Assembly (NCBI GenBank): GCA_051362555.1
Contig: CM120641.1
Coordinates: forward strand, 37,516,401-37,580,400
Origin: Lingula anatina
Lineage: Eukaryota > Animalia > Brachiopoda
Length of the DNA stretch: 64,000 bases
Direction: 5' to 3'
Shown: piece after piece, positions 14,010 to 61,535 of the stretch
Numbering within the stretch: the first letter of the stretch is position 1
Layout: each line of letters opens with the position of its first letter
Program-made: the position numbers and the translations under genes
Notes under the pieces: model-generated
What the model was told of the DNA's origin: nothing
What the model saw: only the letters and a program-made list of their open reading frames with translations
Database searches by the model: none

Positions 14010-17000
14010 TCACTTCTTTCTTCCTCCTCTTTCTTTGAGTTGAAGTGTTACTGTGGCTCCTTTCATGAAATTGTAATAGGCTAAAGTATTGGAGTCCTTG
14101 ATGAAAATGCCCTGAAAAAAAGAAAAAGAAAAAAATCATAAAAGACTGAATGACCAAAGATTTCATATATTCAGAAATGGGAATGGGTATCAAAAGTAAA
14201 ATTCAGCCTAGATTTATGTGTTAAAACACTAGACTATTTAAGGACAATTTAACTTTGTGTTTACGAGATATCTATTCTCATAGAACTTTATATACCTCAT
14301 ACTGTAATTTTTGCTTTCCTGTTGGCATACCCAGCTCTTCCTGTAATTTAGCCTTAATTACAGACACCTAGAAAGAAAAAAATTAATAAATCTTTAAATC
14401 TCCGATGAAAACTAATGATAAACATTTGTTGATTTGTATTTGAGTGGCACCATTTCAAGGATGAGTTATGACAATCTTAAATGCACATGTAGTAATTTAG
14501 ACACAAATATCAGCTATCACATTTTGAAATAAAACTACATGAAAGTAATTTACCAGCCATGTCACCAAAAAATACCAAAATAAAGAGCCACAGATTGACA
14601 AATTTAAATGAAATTAGACAAATTTTATACTCGTCAATAACAATGCCTACAATTCTATGAAATTACACCAAAAGATATTTTCTAAAATCTCACTCACAGA
14701 ATCTGTTAATGGGAAGGAGAAGGTCAAGTATTGTCCAGTCAACTTCCACTCTGGCTTATCTGGAACGTTGGGGATCTGTACCTTGAATAACACTGGACCC
14801 TGAAAGTTAAATAGATAATTTTGTAATCTGTCCAAACAAAATGTTGAAAATAAAATTGAAAATGTTGAAATTGAACGGAATATTTACTTTCATTACAAGA
14901 ATCAGTATTGTATATATAATATTTTAATCACACATTACAACTGAGTAACTTCAAACTTTGCAGCAAGATAAGCTCATGCTCTGATGAAAATTACAATAAA
15001 GACATGGAAAACAAAAGACTTCGCAATGAAGGTGATACAACTCCTGATTTCACCAGTTCACAAACCTTGCCAAATCTTCTGATCCATTCCTGTTCTGGGA
15101 CTAACTGATCCTCAGTCTTGGCTTTCTTTGATGGTGGCTCCTCATCAGTCTTAGCTGCTGTAGGCTGTGGTGCAGGCTGGACAGGTTGTGGGGGAGGGGG
15201 GACAAACGGTCTGGGTGCCATACCCTGAATGGGAGGCATAGGAGGCATTGGCGGCCGCACCACACCTGAGATAGGAGAAAAACAAAGTGTTTTCAGATTA
15301 AAACTTAAGGCATGATTACATCAACAGTGAATGTCTGAAATGGCTAAATGTCATTTAAAATTACTAATCAGAAAAATTTGTTGTTTTTTCTACTACAAAA
15401 TTAGATGGGTTACTGCCAATTTACCACATAACTAGCTTTGCATTTTTTTTTCAATTAAAAACTATCAGCTAATGGACTAAAAGAGCACTTTCCCTTACTC
15501 ATTTTGCACTTACCCATCATAGGCCTAGGTGGCATCATTGGTGGCCTGGCCTGCATTACCAGCATGCCAGGTTGTTGCATCTGAGGCATATGTGGGGGTA
15601 CACTGGGCCTAATGGGCTGAGACGGTGGCCTGGGAGGAGGGGCCTGCTGCTTCGGCATAGATATTGTTGTAGTGGGCATAATAGGCTTGGGTAAAGGTGG
15701 AGCACCTGCTTTGGGCATTGCTGGACCGATCTTTTCCTTTTCTTCATCTTCACTGTTGGATGAAAGTAAAATAGGAAGTAAAAGTTGCAGCAAGATTCAC
15801 TTAATTCAGAGAATAAATAAATTGTACAGTATTATCTTTCACATACTTGCCTACTGTCATCAATGTCATTATTTTACTGAAACTACAATGTTTTCAAATA
15901 ACACAGGCAGCTCACATATATAAAAACTTACACAAGACCCTTCACTTTATGAATAACAGCAATCTGTTCTTCAATAGTAATGTTTTCTCTGGCTTTCTGG
16001 GTGACTTTTTCCATAGAGGCTGTGTGGCCATCCCAGGTGACTTTTTCACGAGTTCTCTGCTCTTCCTCTCCAATCTATAAAATTTTTAATATTTTCAAAT
16101 ACCAATAACATGTACGCATAGCACATCATGTATAACACAACAAGTATAGCACATAATGGATAAATCAGTTGTTCATAGAATTTACCTTACAATGATAAAA
16201 TCACAGATAAAATACTAATTAAACATTTATCATATTCTATTCAATTTCAAATACTTAACATGTGGAAAACACTTGCCACTGAAAAGTGGTGCACAAATAA
16301 TTAAAGTTATGATAAAAATACAGGAAAAAAGACGATATGTACCTTTTTACCAATTTGTGTCTCTTCTGCACCTGAACCAAAAATATCAGTTCTTCTTTCA
16401 GCCAACTGTTTCAGACTGCTGTCAATGGCAGATCCTGGTGCATAAACCTCCTCTTGCTCTTTTCTTTCTGCAATGGTACGTTCCTGTTGCTCTCTCCATT
16501 TGGGGTCCAACAACCCTGTTAAAAACAACACATTCATATATTCACATATACTGTACATTGATTTATCTTGAAAAAGGTTATCACAACACGAGGGTGTAGG
16601 CTTCAAGTTGGTTAAAATTACTTGCAAAGATGGCTTCTAAAAATCAAATTCATCACATAACAAGTAAATACATGGCATTCATTGCAATTTGTTCCACAAA
16701 AAGTTAGGAGCTAGGTTTCAGTTTGACCCAGAAAAAACATTTCAAAGGCTGCAGAGCTGCAGAAAATTAGCCCTCACTGATAAGGTAAAGGGATGCAAAA
16801 GAAGACAAAAGAAGTCTTAAAACGAGTTAAATCCTAGAAACACTGTACAAGAAAGAAAGAGAGATATCAATTTTTACTATGAATTTGAACATCTCACCTA
16901 TCCTCATGTGCTCTTGCACCTTGTTGGCTGGGATCTTCTCTCCTGTGATGGGGGATATCAAGTACTGGTCTGAGGGTGGCTCATTGCTTGAAACTTGTTT

Positions 17001-20000
17001 AGCAGCTGAAATAAATCACCAAAGACTTATTTTTATTATTATTGATCATTTAAATAAAGCATTTACATTTTTTTGGATCATTATTAGAAGCAAGTGTATT
17101 ATTGGAGCTTAATTTCAATTTCATAATTTGTACTTTTTGTGTGGAGTCAAAGTAAGTGTCTATATATATTCCAGTCACTAGTCTGCGTCTATGTTGTCAC
17201 CGTAGTTGTTGCAGTCCATCAGATACTGATTTGCTGCATGACTACTTAATCTTGTCTGTTTTACTTAAAATAGGTTTTTTTGGCACAGTTGCAGGTCATG
17301 TTAAAACCATCATATCCCAATTTATTTTTATTTTGTATGTATTTATGGGATACTTTCACTATAACTACCGTAATACGTATTTCTCATTTAAAAGTTCTTG
17401 GGAGGGGTGGGGTAAAATTCTACAATTAGCAGAGTAAGATCTTCTATTGTCAAGTACCAATTCTCAATAAACGCCTCATTCTAAATATTTTTTAACTTGA
17501 AGTCATAAATATTTTATAAGTTGTTAAACATATTTCTTGTGTGCCTCAGTATAACCTACCTTTAGGATTATAATCCCTCCTGACAATGACCTGGTCAGGG
17601 GTGGGTGGCAGTGGGGGTGGCTGGGGCTTGTCACTTGGGGGCTGGGGTGGGAGAGGAGGCTTCTCCTGCACAGGTTTCGGTGGTCTGGGCGTCTCACCCT
17701 CTTCATCTGATTCTTCTTCCATATCCTATCAAAAGAGGACTTTTTTATTTCCTCCAATATGGGTACAGGTTATACAATAACTGTCTTTATGACTTAGTGT
17801 GGCTAATTATTATTACAAAACTATTTTCGTTTCTGGGCCTGAAACCAAACAGCAATCTTAGACAGCCATGATATAATTAATGCAGCAGAATTCTAACAAG
17901 GGCAAAAACAGAAAATGGGTCACAATCTCAAGAATAAATGAACACGTTTTTCTACTTACCTGAACTTGTCTGTTGTCCTCTTGTAAAGGCCTCCCCTCAT
18001 CATCTTCCTCTTCTTCATCTTCATGTTCTTCATCTGAGAGCTCCATTTCAGCTTCTGTAGTTTCACCCTGTATATGAATTTATATTCCCAATAAAACCCT
18101 TTTCATAAAAACTGGGTCAGAGAGTATCCATACCTTTTCTTTTTCTACATAAAAGATCATAATGTTTAAGAAAGAAAGAAAGAAAGAAGAAAAAAAACAC
18201 CAGTTTCTTTTGACAATTTAATTCCAACATTCCAACACCTGCTGCATCATTCATCTTTTCCAGATTTAAAATGGGCTTTTCCAAAAATATTTTAACAATA
18301 AATATAAATGACTTACCGGCCCAACTACAACTCTCTCTTGGGCTAGCATTCTAGCTCCAACCTCTTCAGGAGTGGTTGGGGGAGGGAAGTTACCTATAAG
18401 ATACAAGCAGAATTCCAGTGTTATATAAATTACAATACCTTAACATTTCACAGGAACAAGTCAACTAAGGGGGGATAAATAAGTGTTAATATGTTAATAA
18501 TATGTGTTATATTTTTTCTGTTTATTATCTTTCTCTCTCTCTTTTTTTTTCTCCATACATTGGTTTAAATTATTTTTCTTTTTTACCATAATTTACCTTG
18601 CTCATGATGCTGAAAGTCTACCGTCTCTACAACAACAAAGTCATGCCAGTCCACTTGAGCATAAGCAACTGAAAGAAAACATACAAGTTACTGGTTAAAC
18701 TTTTAATACTAATGGGCCATTTTAAATTGATTGTAAGCATTTCTTAAATCACAGTTGTTATAGGAATAGGTAATCAATATCAATGATAAAACAAGATTAC
18801 CTTTTTAGGAAGAAGGGTTTATCTTGATGTCCATTTAAACTAAATATACTTGCATTCAGTAAAAAAAGCAAAACCTCAACATTGTGGGTTGTGTACCAAC
18901 CTCTTTCCTTTTCCAAAGCCTCTTCTTCTTTCCTTTTTTCTCTTTCTTGGAATTTCTGCCACTCTACACGATATTTTACTTGGTCTAAGACCTATAAAGA
19001 AAAAGATCAAATCTATACAGCTACACCAACCTTTTTTAAAGATTAACTGGTGAAATAACAGATTCCACTGCTGTAAAATTAAAAAAAACCTGACCATAGT
19101 TCCATCAAAGTCAGTCTGAACTTTGAGAACAAAATTACCCTGTGACTTTAATCGAGAGCAAGTCTGCAGTAGTCAATATCAATGAGGTTACTGGGTAAGA
19201 CTGACCAAATTTTAATTTTTAGTGAAAATTGGCCATGGATAAACAAGTTGATGTCCTATTAAATGGGCAGTGCCTCAGCCTAAAGACTACTTTAAAGTGC
19301 CTTGAAAACATGCCAAAACTTACCACTTTAGGATTATCCGATTCCCTCTTAAGGTTGTTAAGCAGGTCTTTTGGTGGAATTAATATCTGCGGAATAGAAA
19401 ATATCTTATTATCATGATCGAATCTTAAATCTTAGCAACAAATACATCAAGCATATCAAATATTTACTATCATCCACAAAAAATGCTCAAATTTACAAAA
19501 ACTGTCAGAAAAATGTGTAAAAAATTACTTCATAATGACTTTTTAAGACAAATTTAATACATTTAATAGTTATGACAATACCTTAGTATATTGTTCCACT
19601 AATTTTGTGAAGTAATTGAACAAACTATGTTGGGGCCTGAGGAAATCAAACTGATAATTCCTTTGTTCTCTGTTCATGAGGTTGGTAAGGAACTGACGCC
19701 CATTCCTGGCCACAAACTGTGCTGTTAACTTCACAACATCCCTGAAAATAGAAAATATTAACCACATTTGCTGTTTCTACAACTGCAAAATTGTGTGTGT
19801 GTGTGTGCACTGTGTGTGCATATCCATGTTCACATACACATCCAAAAGTTTACCTTTACTAAATGATTTAAAGTTAAACTGAGATGTCAGGCAGCAAACC
19901 TACACCTGAAGACAGACGGTGTAAAAGTTGATAAATTCCAAAGACTGAGTGCTCACACAAGAGTTCAGAATAAAACTTTCATTTATTTGTAATATTTGTA

Positions 20001-21017
20001 ATAGTGCTTACAAATCAAAGGCTGAAATAGAGGGTGGATCAGCAATGAATTCAAACTCTGGGGGTGGTTCTTTAGGCACAATTTCCTGGACGACTGGTGC
20101 TTTGACCACTTCCTGTTGTTTAACTGGCAGGCCGAGACCCAAACTGGCCTTGGGAGCAGCTGGTTCTTGACCTGCAAAAACAATTGTTTTTGATCTTAAA
20201 ATGTAACATTTTTCAGTGAATTGTTTTTTTTCTACATAAGAATTTATTTAGCATAGAACAAAACACGTTTTGGAAATGATGCAAAACATTCAATCAATAT
20301 AAACATGAAGGTACAAGAATACAAAATTGAAATTATTCCCTTACCTCTCCCTTCCTTAAACTCTTTGACTTTGTGTTGGTAATATGCATGGTAGGGGTCA
20401 GTCGGGTTCAAAAAATTGAACTTTGGGTTATTGATCTCATTCTGCCTAATCCTTGTCTCAAACTCTGGTCCATTCCTTGCCACAAAGCTAGCAGTTTTGT
20501 CAACAATATCTTATTGGTCATTAAGAGAGAACATGACAAGATGAAATTATCAATGATATAAGTGGTCTATTCAATAGTGTATATAATTCAGAATGAGTGC
20601 ATATATATCAATGTACTTACAACAATTGGATCTTTTACTTAAAATTAACAAGAGCAGGATACAAGTAAAATACAACCAATCAGTTTCACAAAGGTATAAT
20701 TCAAGTGTTGACCAGTTTATGTCATTGGCAAGAGACACACTGATTAGAGCTCTTCTATGAAGACCGCGCAATGCTTTGGATATTATTCAAAACTAGTGAC
20801 AGTAATTGTAAAACAGCACCAATATGTCCATGCGTACATTATTCGTAAAGAATCAGACCAACTTTTTTGTATCAACTTCGAGTTCAAGGATACTTCTAAC
20901 CTCGGGTGGTGGATAAATTATACCAACAATAGGCTTTCCACTCAACCCAGGGGCATCTTTCTGTTCTTCTGAATCTACTTCCACTGGTACCGGCTGCTGT
21001 ACCTCGATTGATGGCAT
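14010..21017 (-). CDS. SF3A1: Splicing factor 3A subunit 1 (SF3a120/Prp21), ~18 coding exons: 21017-20894, 20509-20345, 20171-20012, 19741-19582, 19386-19324, 18991-18901, 18668-18597, 18393-18317, 18067-17960, 17725-17560, 17005-16898, 16515-16343, 16074-15932, 15752-15514, 15265-15066, 14799-14698, 14367-14296, 14111-14010
   Basis: VGIIYPPPEVRNIVDKTASFVARNGPEFE (SURP1), DVVKLTAQFVARNGRQFL (SURP2), LKQLAERRTDIFG, a Pro-rich region, and a C-terminal ubiquitin-like domain ending LKERGGRKK*. Confidence 0.96.
20510..20893 (-). other. U12-type (minor spliceosome) GT-AG intron, SF3A1 intron 1
   Basis: 5' splice site reads GTATCCTT (U12 consensus). A CTCTTAAT branch-like sequence lies ~11-12 nt from the AG, with no polypyrimidine tract. 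Confidence 0.85.
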
Positions 21018-21938
21018 TTTTGATCAAGAAATGTTCAAGAAATCATGCAAGATAAACGAAAACGTATCGCCAGCATGCAGCCAATATGGCGACCAGTTAC
21101 CGGCGGTAAGTTTTCCATGTACCCAATCATGAAAATAACGCTCATCTCCTTTTAGCAGCCTCGTTTTCAATAGAACATCGCGTTAGAAGAAGGTGGCACT
21201 CCACCTTGTGTGCAACCGAATAGAGAAAGATCACGTTCATCATTACAAATTTATCAGACAAAACCACTTACATACAAAACGGGCTAATTAAATGAAAAGT
21301 AATGTACGCATTAATGCAGCGACATCAATATTTTTAATAAAATCATGTTTGACTGTCACCTTCATTGGTTTATGAGCCTTGTAAATAAACATAAAGACCA
21401 CAGAAAATGATTTAAAAATACCAGACAATTCCAAATATTGTAACAAAAATGGGTTAAGTGTTTGTTGATGAATTTAATAAACCATAAAATAATGTAAGCT
21501 TTTTTCTTTTACTATCTTTTTTCATCTTGAGTCTCACAGGTAGAGTGGATACTTGATCTACGATATCATCACGTCTGTATATTATTGGTGTACTGTTGTT
21601 ACAGGTATTTTGTACAGCTAGTAATTAGGCAAACAAAAAGAAGTAAAACACCAAGGCCTTATTTACACATTGATTATATTATTTATATATAAAATAAATA
21701 AACAAATATACTGTCTGTAAGTTTAAATAACTTCTCTTGATGATACTCTAAAAATGACATTTCTCAATTTAAACTATTATTTTATATGTACATGTATTAG
21801 CATCCTAATTTACAGTGTTAAATATGTGCGTGCAGCATGAAAACCTACTGAAATGGAAATATTACTTTTTACAGTACATGTAAGTTCTACCGGTAGCTTA
21901 GACATTTTCTTTAAATGCATATCTCAATAATAATTAAG

Positions 21939-21939
<1 letters not shown>

Positions 21940-22000
<61 letters not shown>
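21940..22000. repeat. (TA)n microsatellite
   Basis: Read directly from the sequence. Confidence 0.95.
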
Positions 22001-22003
<3 letters not shown>

Positions 22004-22215
22004 TTTTCTTTTTAGTATTTTATGAATAACAAAAAGAAACTCCGGATTCACTTAGATTTTCATTGAGCCACCTGCACAGCTAAGCAATATCCTTGATTTT
22101 CCATTAAACATTTTTGTGCCTAATAGATGGTACAAGCTCCATGTCTCAGTAGATAATAAACAAAGATATTCACATCAGTAAAAAGTCACTGTAAAAAACA
22201 CAGTTTTCATGGAAT

Positions 22216-25153
<2,938 letters not shown>

Positions 25154-25371
25154 AACTGAATAATCTCTTGTCAAACCTGAAATGGAAGATATTTCATAAG
25201 TATATAGCTCTGGACAAAGTGTGAAAAAACATTCTTTAAACTTCTCTTCTTGATATAAAATCCATCAAATGTCACATTTTTTCCTTGAACAAGTGCAGTA
25301 AATTTACGTGTAATATTAAAAATTCTTCTCATCAAAATCATAAAAACAGATTCAGCCTGTTGATTTTCTAC

Positions 25372-25904
25372 CTTGGATATAGGCTGCTCCAACTGCTAGA
25401 TTGGTTAACACATACAATAATATTTTTATGGTCTGTTGTCAATTTGCAGCGCTTTTATACCCGATAACGAACAGTCGTGCACAAAAATAAAATGTCCACT
25501 CACATGAGCCATTTCCATATAGGGAAAATTATTTTCCATATACGAGTAAAATTCTTGGGACCAGCTCCCGTTTCTGCAGTCATATCCATTTTTGGAGAAA
25601 AGAGCCTATTTGCTGAAATGAGTCAAACAGCCAATCAGTAGAAAGATTACATCAACCACCTTGCTAAATCTTAAATAGATGCTGATGCTATGCTAGCTAC
25701 ACACCAACAAAATAACAAGTCGGTTTGACCATCTTATGATAACCAATGGCTAGTAAATTTGTTTCACCAAGTTTATCATTGATTTGTACATATCACTGCC
25801 TTTTAAGGTAACATGAAGTGTGTATAAGCATGCTGAACGTTATATATATTTCAGCTATTGATCTAAACAATGAACAACCTGCTTGGGCAGATATCCATAT
25901 ATGG
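25372..25904 (-). promoter_or_regulatory. Actin promoter: TATA box, CArG (SRF) boxes and a non-coding first exon
   Basis: Minus-strand TATAAAAG at 25452-25459. Perfect CArG boxes CCATTTTTGG (25586-25595) and CCATATATGG (25895-25904), near-consensus CCATATAGGG (25515-25524). Donor AAG|GTAGAA at 25372 and an acceptor at 25177, just upstream of the ATG. Confidence 0.75.
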
Positions 25905-28434
25905 TAACACCAAAGTGTCAATGCATATGTGTTAAACGAAAAAACCAATTAAAGAAATGATGCCATGTCAGTTAACTCATATGTATACTAAATTGATATG
26001 ACAAAATATGGTGATATAGGAAGTCACCCGAGGTTGTGCCAGTAATTTGTTAATAGCTTTGTGTGGTCTTATACACATCTGACTGTGTCACTGTCATGTA
26101 AATGAACAGTACCTGTTCTTTCACAAATTCAGTCATTGGATCATTTAAAAACAGAAAATCCTGAAAATGTTGCTTACAATTGCTCATCACATTTAGAACA
26201 CATGAAAAAAATGACTGAAAATTCTGAAATCAGGCATAATCCCGAAAACTTTCACCCATGTTGAATGCATACTCAACATGTATGTAGCACAAGTATATAG
26301 CATACAGTATGGACATTAGTAGATCTAACGTAATTTCAGTTACACTTGTTACTGACAATGCTAGTTTTGCAGTAAGATCGTGCAAAACTAAACTACAGTA
26401 ACAACATACAGTACTGATTCTGACATTTGTGAACTCATTTCTTGTCACAAAAATGTTTGAAGATCAACAAAAATGTCCAGTAATATATCCTACAAAATGA
26501 AGACATAAAACTACTTGTTTAGCAAATTAATCACTCACATGGACTAGTCAAAATCTATAGTTAATGCTGACTCACAAAGTGACAGAAACACAAACACAGC
26601 CAGGTAAGTAAAGTTAAATCAATGAAACGACCTTGACATACAAATAGCCCTCATTGCATTAGTAGAGACACCGAACAATGTTGGTTGCGAGCTAGCACAT
26701 TTTCAACCTGTAGCGCTACCACAATCTCAACCGGGTACAACACTAAAACCAGTGACAAGATAATTGACTAAAATTATTTTTCAAATAGGACTGAAGGCTT
26801 TTTCCAAAATGTAATGAATAAATGATAGACATACGTGGTTGGTGACCTATCACAAGTGACAAACCATGTGTCCTACTAGATAGCAAGTATACCTACCGTA
26901 AAATACTGCCATGTATCTGATGATGCATTTTAGGATGACATGTGAAAGCATTAACAACACGTAACTTTTGTTTGGTCAGAGTTGCATAGATAAGCGCAAT
27001 GGCTTAAAAAACTACCAAAGCTATCTGTGAAACTACTTACACTTCTTTAAATAATTAAGAATAATATTTTCTTTTTTCTTTTTATTGGAGAAGTAAAAAG
27101 TAAGACACATAGATCTATGCCCGGTATGCAGCCTGTTTCAAAGCCACGCCAAATGCATTGATCGCTTGAACCACTTCAACAAATCAAACGTTACGGTATG
27201 TGAAACCAACAAAAATGAACCAGAATGGCAAACTGTCGGCTGCTCAATGTCTGCGTTTTGTTTTAAAATTAAATTTACTGTTGCCTTCTGCTTCAGTCTT
27301 AAAACAAAAATAATTCTTGGTCAAAATTTATCTTGCGGGCATTTAGGTTTGCGCGTTGCTAAACACCACAACCCTGAGTTTATGAGTTCTAATGGCGACT
27401 CTCCTTAACATAAACAATGGTGGCCGCAATATAAACTGATGGAAAAAAGGTCACCACAAACACTCCCGTCTTCAGGGTGCCTTGCCGGTTAGAATTATCT
27501 GAGTGCTGATTGACCTTACATGCACTCGACAGCACCCAGACTGCTCAAGGTGTTAATACAAACATTGAGAGAATAAAGTTTTAGCGCTACGATCACGATC
27601 AAGATTTTAAAAAAGATCGCAGCAGAAGAGAAGGTGTATGTCTGTTCATAAAAGTTGGCTTTTGAATGTTTTTATATAACCCGCTGAAGAGACAACTCTA
27701 CAGTTCAGTCAAACCCAAATCCCCAGTAACGACCAATCTATTCCCATTTGTTTCTTTTATTTTGGTTCACGAAGTGTGCTGGCTTGCGTTTTTGACGTCA
27801 TGCCTCAAATTGGTGCAGAACCATCCCACCCATCCAGCACGGTCGATATATACTGTGGCAAAGTAACATCAACAACGGGCACTGAATTTATAAGTAAGAA
27901 ACCACTGGGTGAACGGGAAATTCAATTGAGGATTTCTACCCATAAGTGAAGAAAGTACACAGAAGGTATCAAAGTAGTGGGGCTATTTACACGGTAAACA
28001 CAGCGAAGAATCCTGGGGTTGCCTTCTAGCGTACTTGGATCCACGTGTTGCAGACGTGTGTTTGGCGGTACGCGCTACTTTGACCGGTCGTAATTTGCCT
28101 CTGCCTGTGTCAAAATGTTCTGCAAGACATTAACAGCAACTGTGACATGGTGCAGACTTTACAGACTACAGCTTCACTCGGAAACTTTATAATCGCGTTA
28201 GCTAAACTAAGTTTCTCCAAGCTTTCGTAGACGTACAGCGTCCAGACTTAATCAGTGACACACGGATGTAATCTTTTAATTAAAGCACTGGAAGAACTCA
28301 GTGTTTCTGCTGGAAGGCACCGACGACATACAAGGATATTCCTCAGGATTTACGAAACACATCGACTTTGAAACAACCTGCTTTCTTTCTTTCTTTGCGC
28401 CATTTCTCAGGACTTTGAAACTCTTTCCTCTACA

Positions 28435-49349
<20,915 letters not shown>

Positions 49350-51331
49350 GTACATGTCCTCAGATCAAACAGTTACAGTGTGAATGAGAGGGTGAACAAA
49401 GGACGGAGTTGCAGACAACAAAGAGTCAGAAAAAAAGTGCTAAACTGATATAATACCTCACTTTATGTTATTGAAGAAATGCTATGTAAATATGTCTGTT
49501 TTTTCCTATTTTATGCATATCTTTTTTGTTATAAACATGATTTAAGACACTGCATAGAGGTTTCAGATGGCAAGCTGGGTGTTTGAGTCCACTGATAATT
49601 AAGTTTTTCTGTAATATCATCCAACCCAGAGAGAGAATTAAAACGTACATTTAAGGTTGTTAAGTTTTTGATTGGATTTTTGGTGAAATGTAACTGAAGA
49701 CTTTACAAGTCAAAATAAGTCAATTTTGATTCAGAAAGTTTAAATAATCAATTTCTATTTGTCAGAAGAAAATGTAAATGAAATGCAGAGAATGATAACC
49801 ATGGTTATTTTTTATTTTCCAGACATTATTCCTCAAGTAAGTCACATCACAACCAATCCTTACATGCTAATTGAAAGCAAATATGACTACCTCACTGTCT
49901 GTAACCAAGTATATAAGTTTTGTTAAAAGCAATCACACATCAAGGGATACTTTACACACAAAGAAATAATAAAATGAATGGTTTATATATAGTTTCCATT
50001 CAGAAATCAAGTTTGCATATCAGCTGGTCGATGCACATTTGTTACATAATCCTAGTTGAATTGCATAAGATCGATTTTGTACTACGAAAATACAAACAGA
50101 CAACCATGCAATAAAGGCTCAGAACAATTATTTGACATTACATACAATTCATATTTAACAAAAATGTCACTCCATTACCATGGTGGCAATAAATTAAGTC
50201 TTATTCAATATGGAATGTGAACTCAATTTGCTGAGTGGCATTCTCTTACATAATTTTCCAAACACTTCATAATTGACTAGCATTCTTTTAAATGCAAATT
50301 TCTAAAAAGAAATGTGTTTATGGGTATGACAGTTCATGATATAATTTTTTATTGAGACCCCTTATCCTTGGCATATATTGAACAGATGGCATCATGTGTT
50401 TAAATGTCTACTTTCATAATGACCAGAGTGCACTTCAGGGGTTTGAAATATATCTTTCATAACAAAATACACAGTATTTTGGACATATTTTGAATTTTAC
50501 CTTCAACAAAAAAGCCCAAAAGAAACTAACATTGCACAGTTCTAGTTAAAAAGGCAGCTGAACTACTTTCTACTTATTTGATAGTATTAGATAATGTCCT
50601 TTGAGAAAACCATGTTTTTTCACTCATCATAAACAAAATAAATGCACACAACAAGGATACTACTTAGGCCAGTTTCTATTTCCTTTATCTCAAAGCAAGC
50701 AAGATCTTTTTTTCAATATTGGATGATATCGACTCTGGACCCAGTCTGGAATATACAATCTGACCTTCAAATATTGGCAGCATTGTGGTTAAAATGTTTG
50801 TTTAGATAAAGCTGGCATCAAACACTGCGTGGAGGTGATATAAATGTTTTTTTTTTTTAATAAATGGTATAGCAACACCAACTAAACTAAGGTAACATTA
50901 ATTATGTTATCTAAAACTAAGATTCTAACATACATTGTCAAACCCTTCCTTGGATAAAATATATATTAAATTACAATTAAGATAATGGACAAATGAATTT
51001 ATCCATCTGCCTGTACACTGATTGAAAATGCGATGGTTTTCTAGAGATTTGCACACACACCAATTTTTTTGTGCATAGCTTTTTTTTCAGGGGCATAAAG
51101 TTTATACACAATAAAAAGACCATATTCACCTGCTGCCTGTATGAAAGAAAATACTTCTGCCCATGTAAATTTCATTTTTCAAATTCATCAAATTTTATTC
51201 TTACAGACTACAAAAAGTGACTTTTCTAGCTATATTTTTACAAGCATCAAGTGTCAGACTATTTGACTAGTAAATACATTAATGAAAAAAAATATGGTCT
51301 AAAATAATGTCTTTTCATGATCACACTTTAG

Positions 51332-51473
51332 TTAGAATAACACTTCATCATTCCAGTTGGTCTGTAAACTTGGAGTTGTCGGCCTTGTTCTTGATAATTC
51401 CAGTGTATGTCCAAATTGTGATACACTGTCCTTAGGATGTATGTACCTCAAGAAGACCCCCTGGATGTTCAAT
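51332..51473 (-). CDS. GFPT: GFAT downstream terminal exon: 3' UTR, or a 46-aa C-terminal extension, depending on which donor is used
   Basis: Poly-T + CAG acceptor at 51474. Two consensus donors at or just after the GFAT stop. The frame set by the donor at 52393 stays open to TAA at 51332. Confidence 0.6.
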
Positions 51474-52389
51474 CTGAAAAAAAAAATAAATAAATATTAA
51501 AAAATGAAAAGTGAAAAATAACCACATCTTTTCATTTAATAAGAAAATTATCAGACTATTGTTACCTCACCGAAGAATTGAATAGAAATTAAACTTATTT
51601 AATTACTGGTTCCATCATTGAGAAACGTGTTGAACTTATTGAAAGGCATTACCCAACAAAAAAACTTATTTAGAACATGTCAAGGAAGAAAAAGACATGG
51701 AGTTTGCATAGCTGGAAATCTAACAAATGATGAACAAGTATGTGAAAAAGCGAAAAAAGCTAACACAAGGTCAGCCATTGCTAGCAGAATATGCCATCCT
51801 GGAAAAAAACTGCTTGTATACTAATTGCCTGTGAGGTCTCAGTCTGACTACCCTAGCACAGTATGGTCTTTCTACAGAATAACACAGGTTGACATAACAG
51901 GATGTTGGAAAAGCTATATTCAGAATGTCTTAATTCAGAAATAATAAAGCTACTGATTCTCATATACAGAAGAAAAGATTTCAAAATTACCATTGGGAAA
52001 TGTGACAAAGTGGTTGGAGAAATATCATGGATGTAGGAAGTTACTACAGGAGGGTAGGGTTGGAGATTCAAAAAAGTTTTATGCACAGAGGGCAATACCA
52101 GATAGATGTTAAAAAGTGTCTTCACTGTTGTGAGAACATCCCTTTGGAAAAGACTGCCAGAAAAAGTCCTCAGTGTAAAAAAATCTAAATTCATATGAAA
52201 CTTGATGAAATAAATAGTGAGAGGGGCAAGTATTCAAATATAACTACTAAGTAATAACAGGCACTGGAGGCAATAATATTCTTATTGAAGTGTTCAATAC
52301 AGAGGATCCTTAGGAACCTGCACCAGGAAACTAACACTAAGTAATTGCCATGCTGGACCATAGGTAGCAGCACTGTATGGACTTACCAC

Positions 52390-61535
<9,146 letters not shown>

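Noticed and set aside
13123-14010. Overlapping 3' UTRs of the convergent GPD2 and SF3A1 genes
   Set aside because: The spacing is tight, but poly(A) sites cannot be assigned from sequence alone.
19099-19200. Two adjacent hairpins in an SF3A1 intron as an H/ACA snoRNA
   Set aside because: No H or ACA box in the sense orientation.
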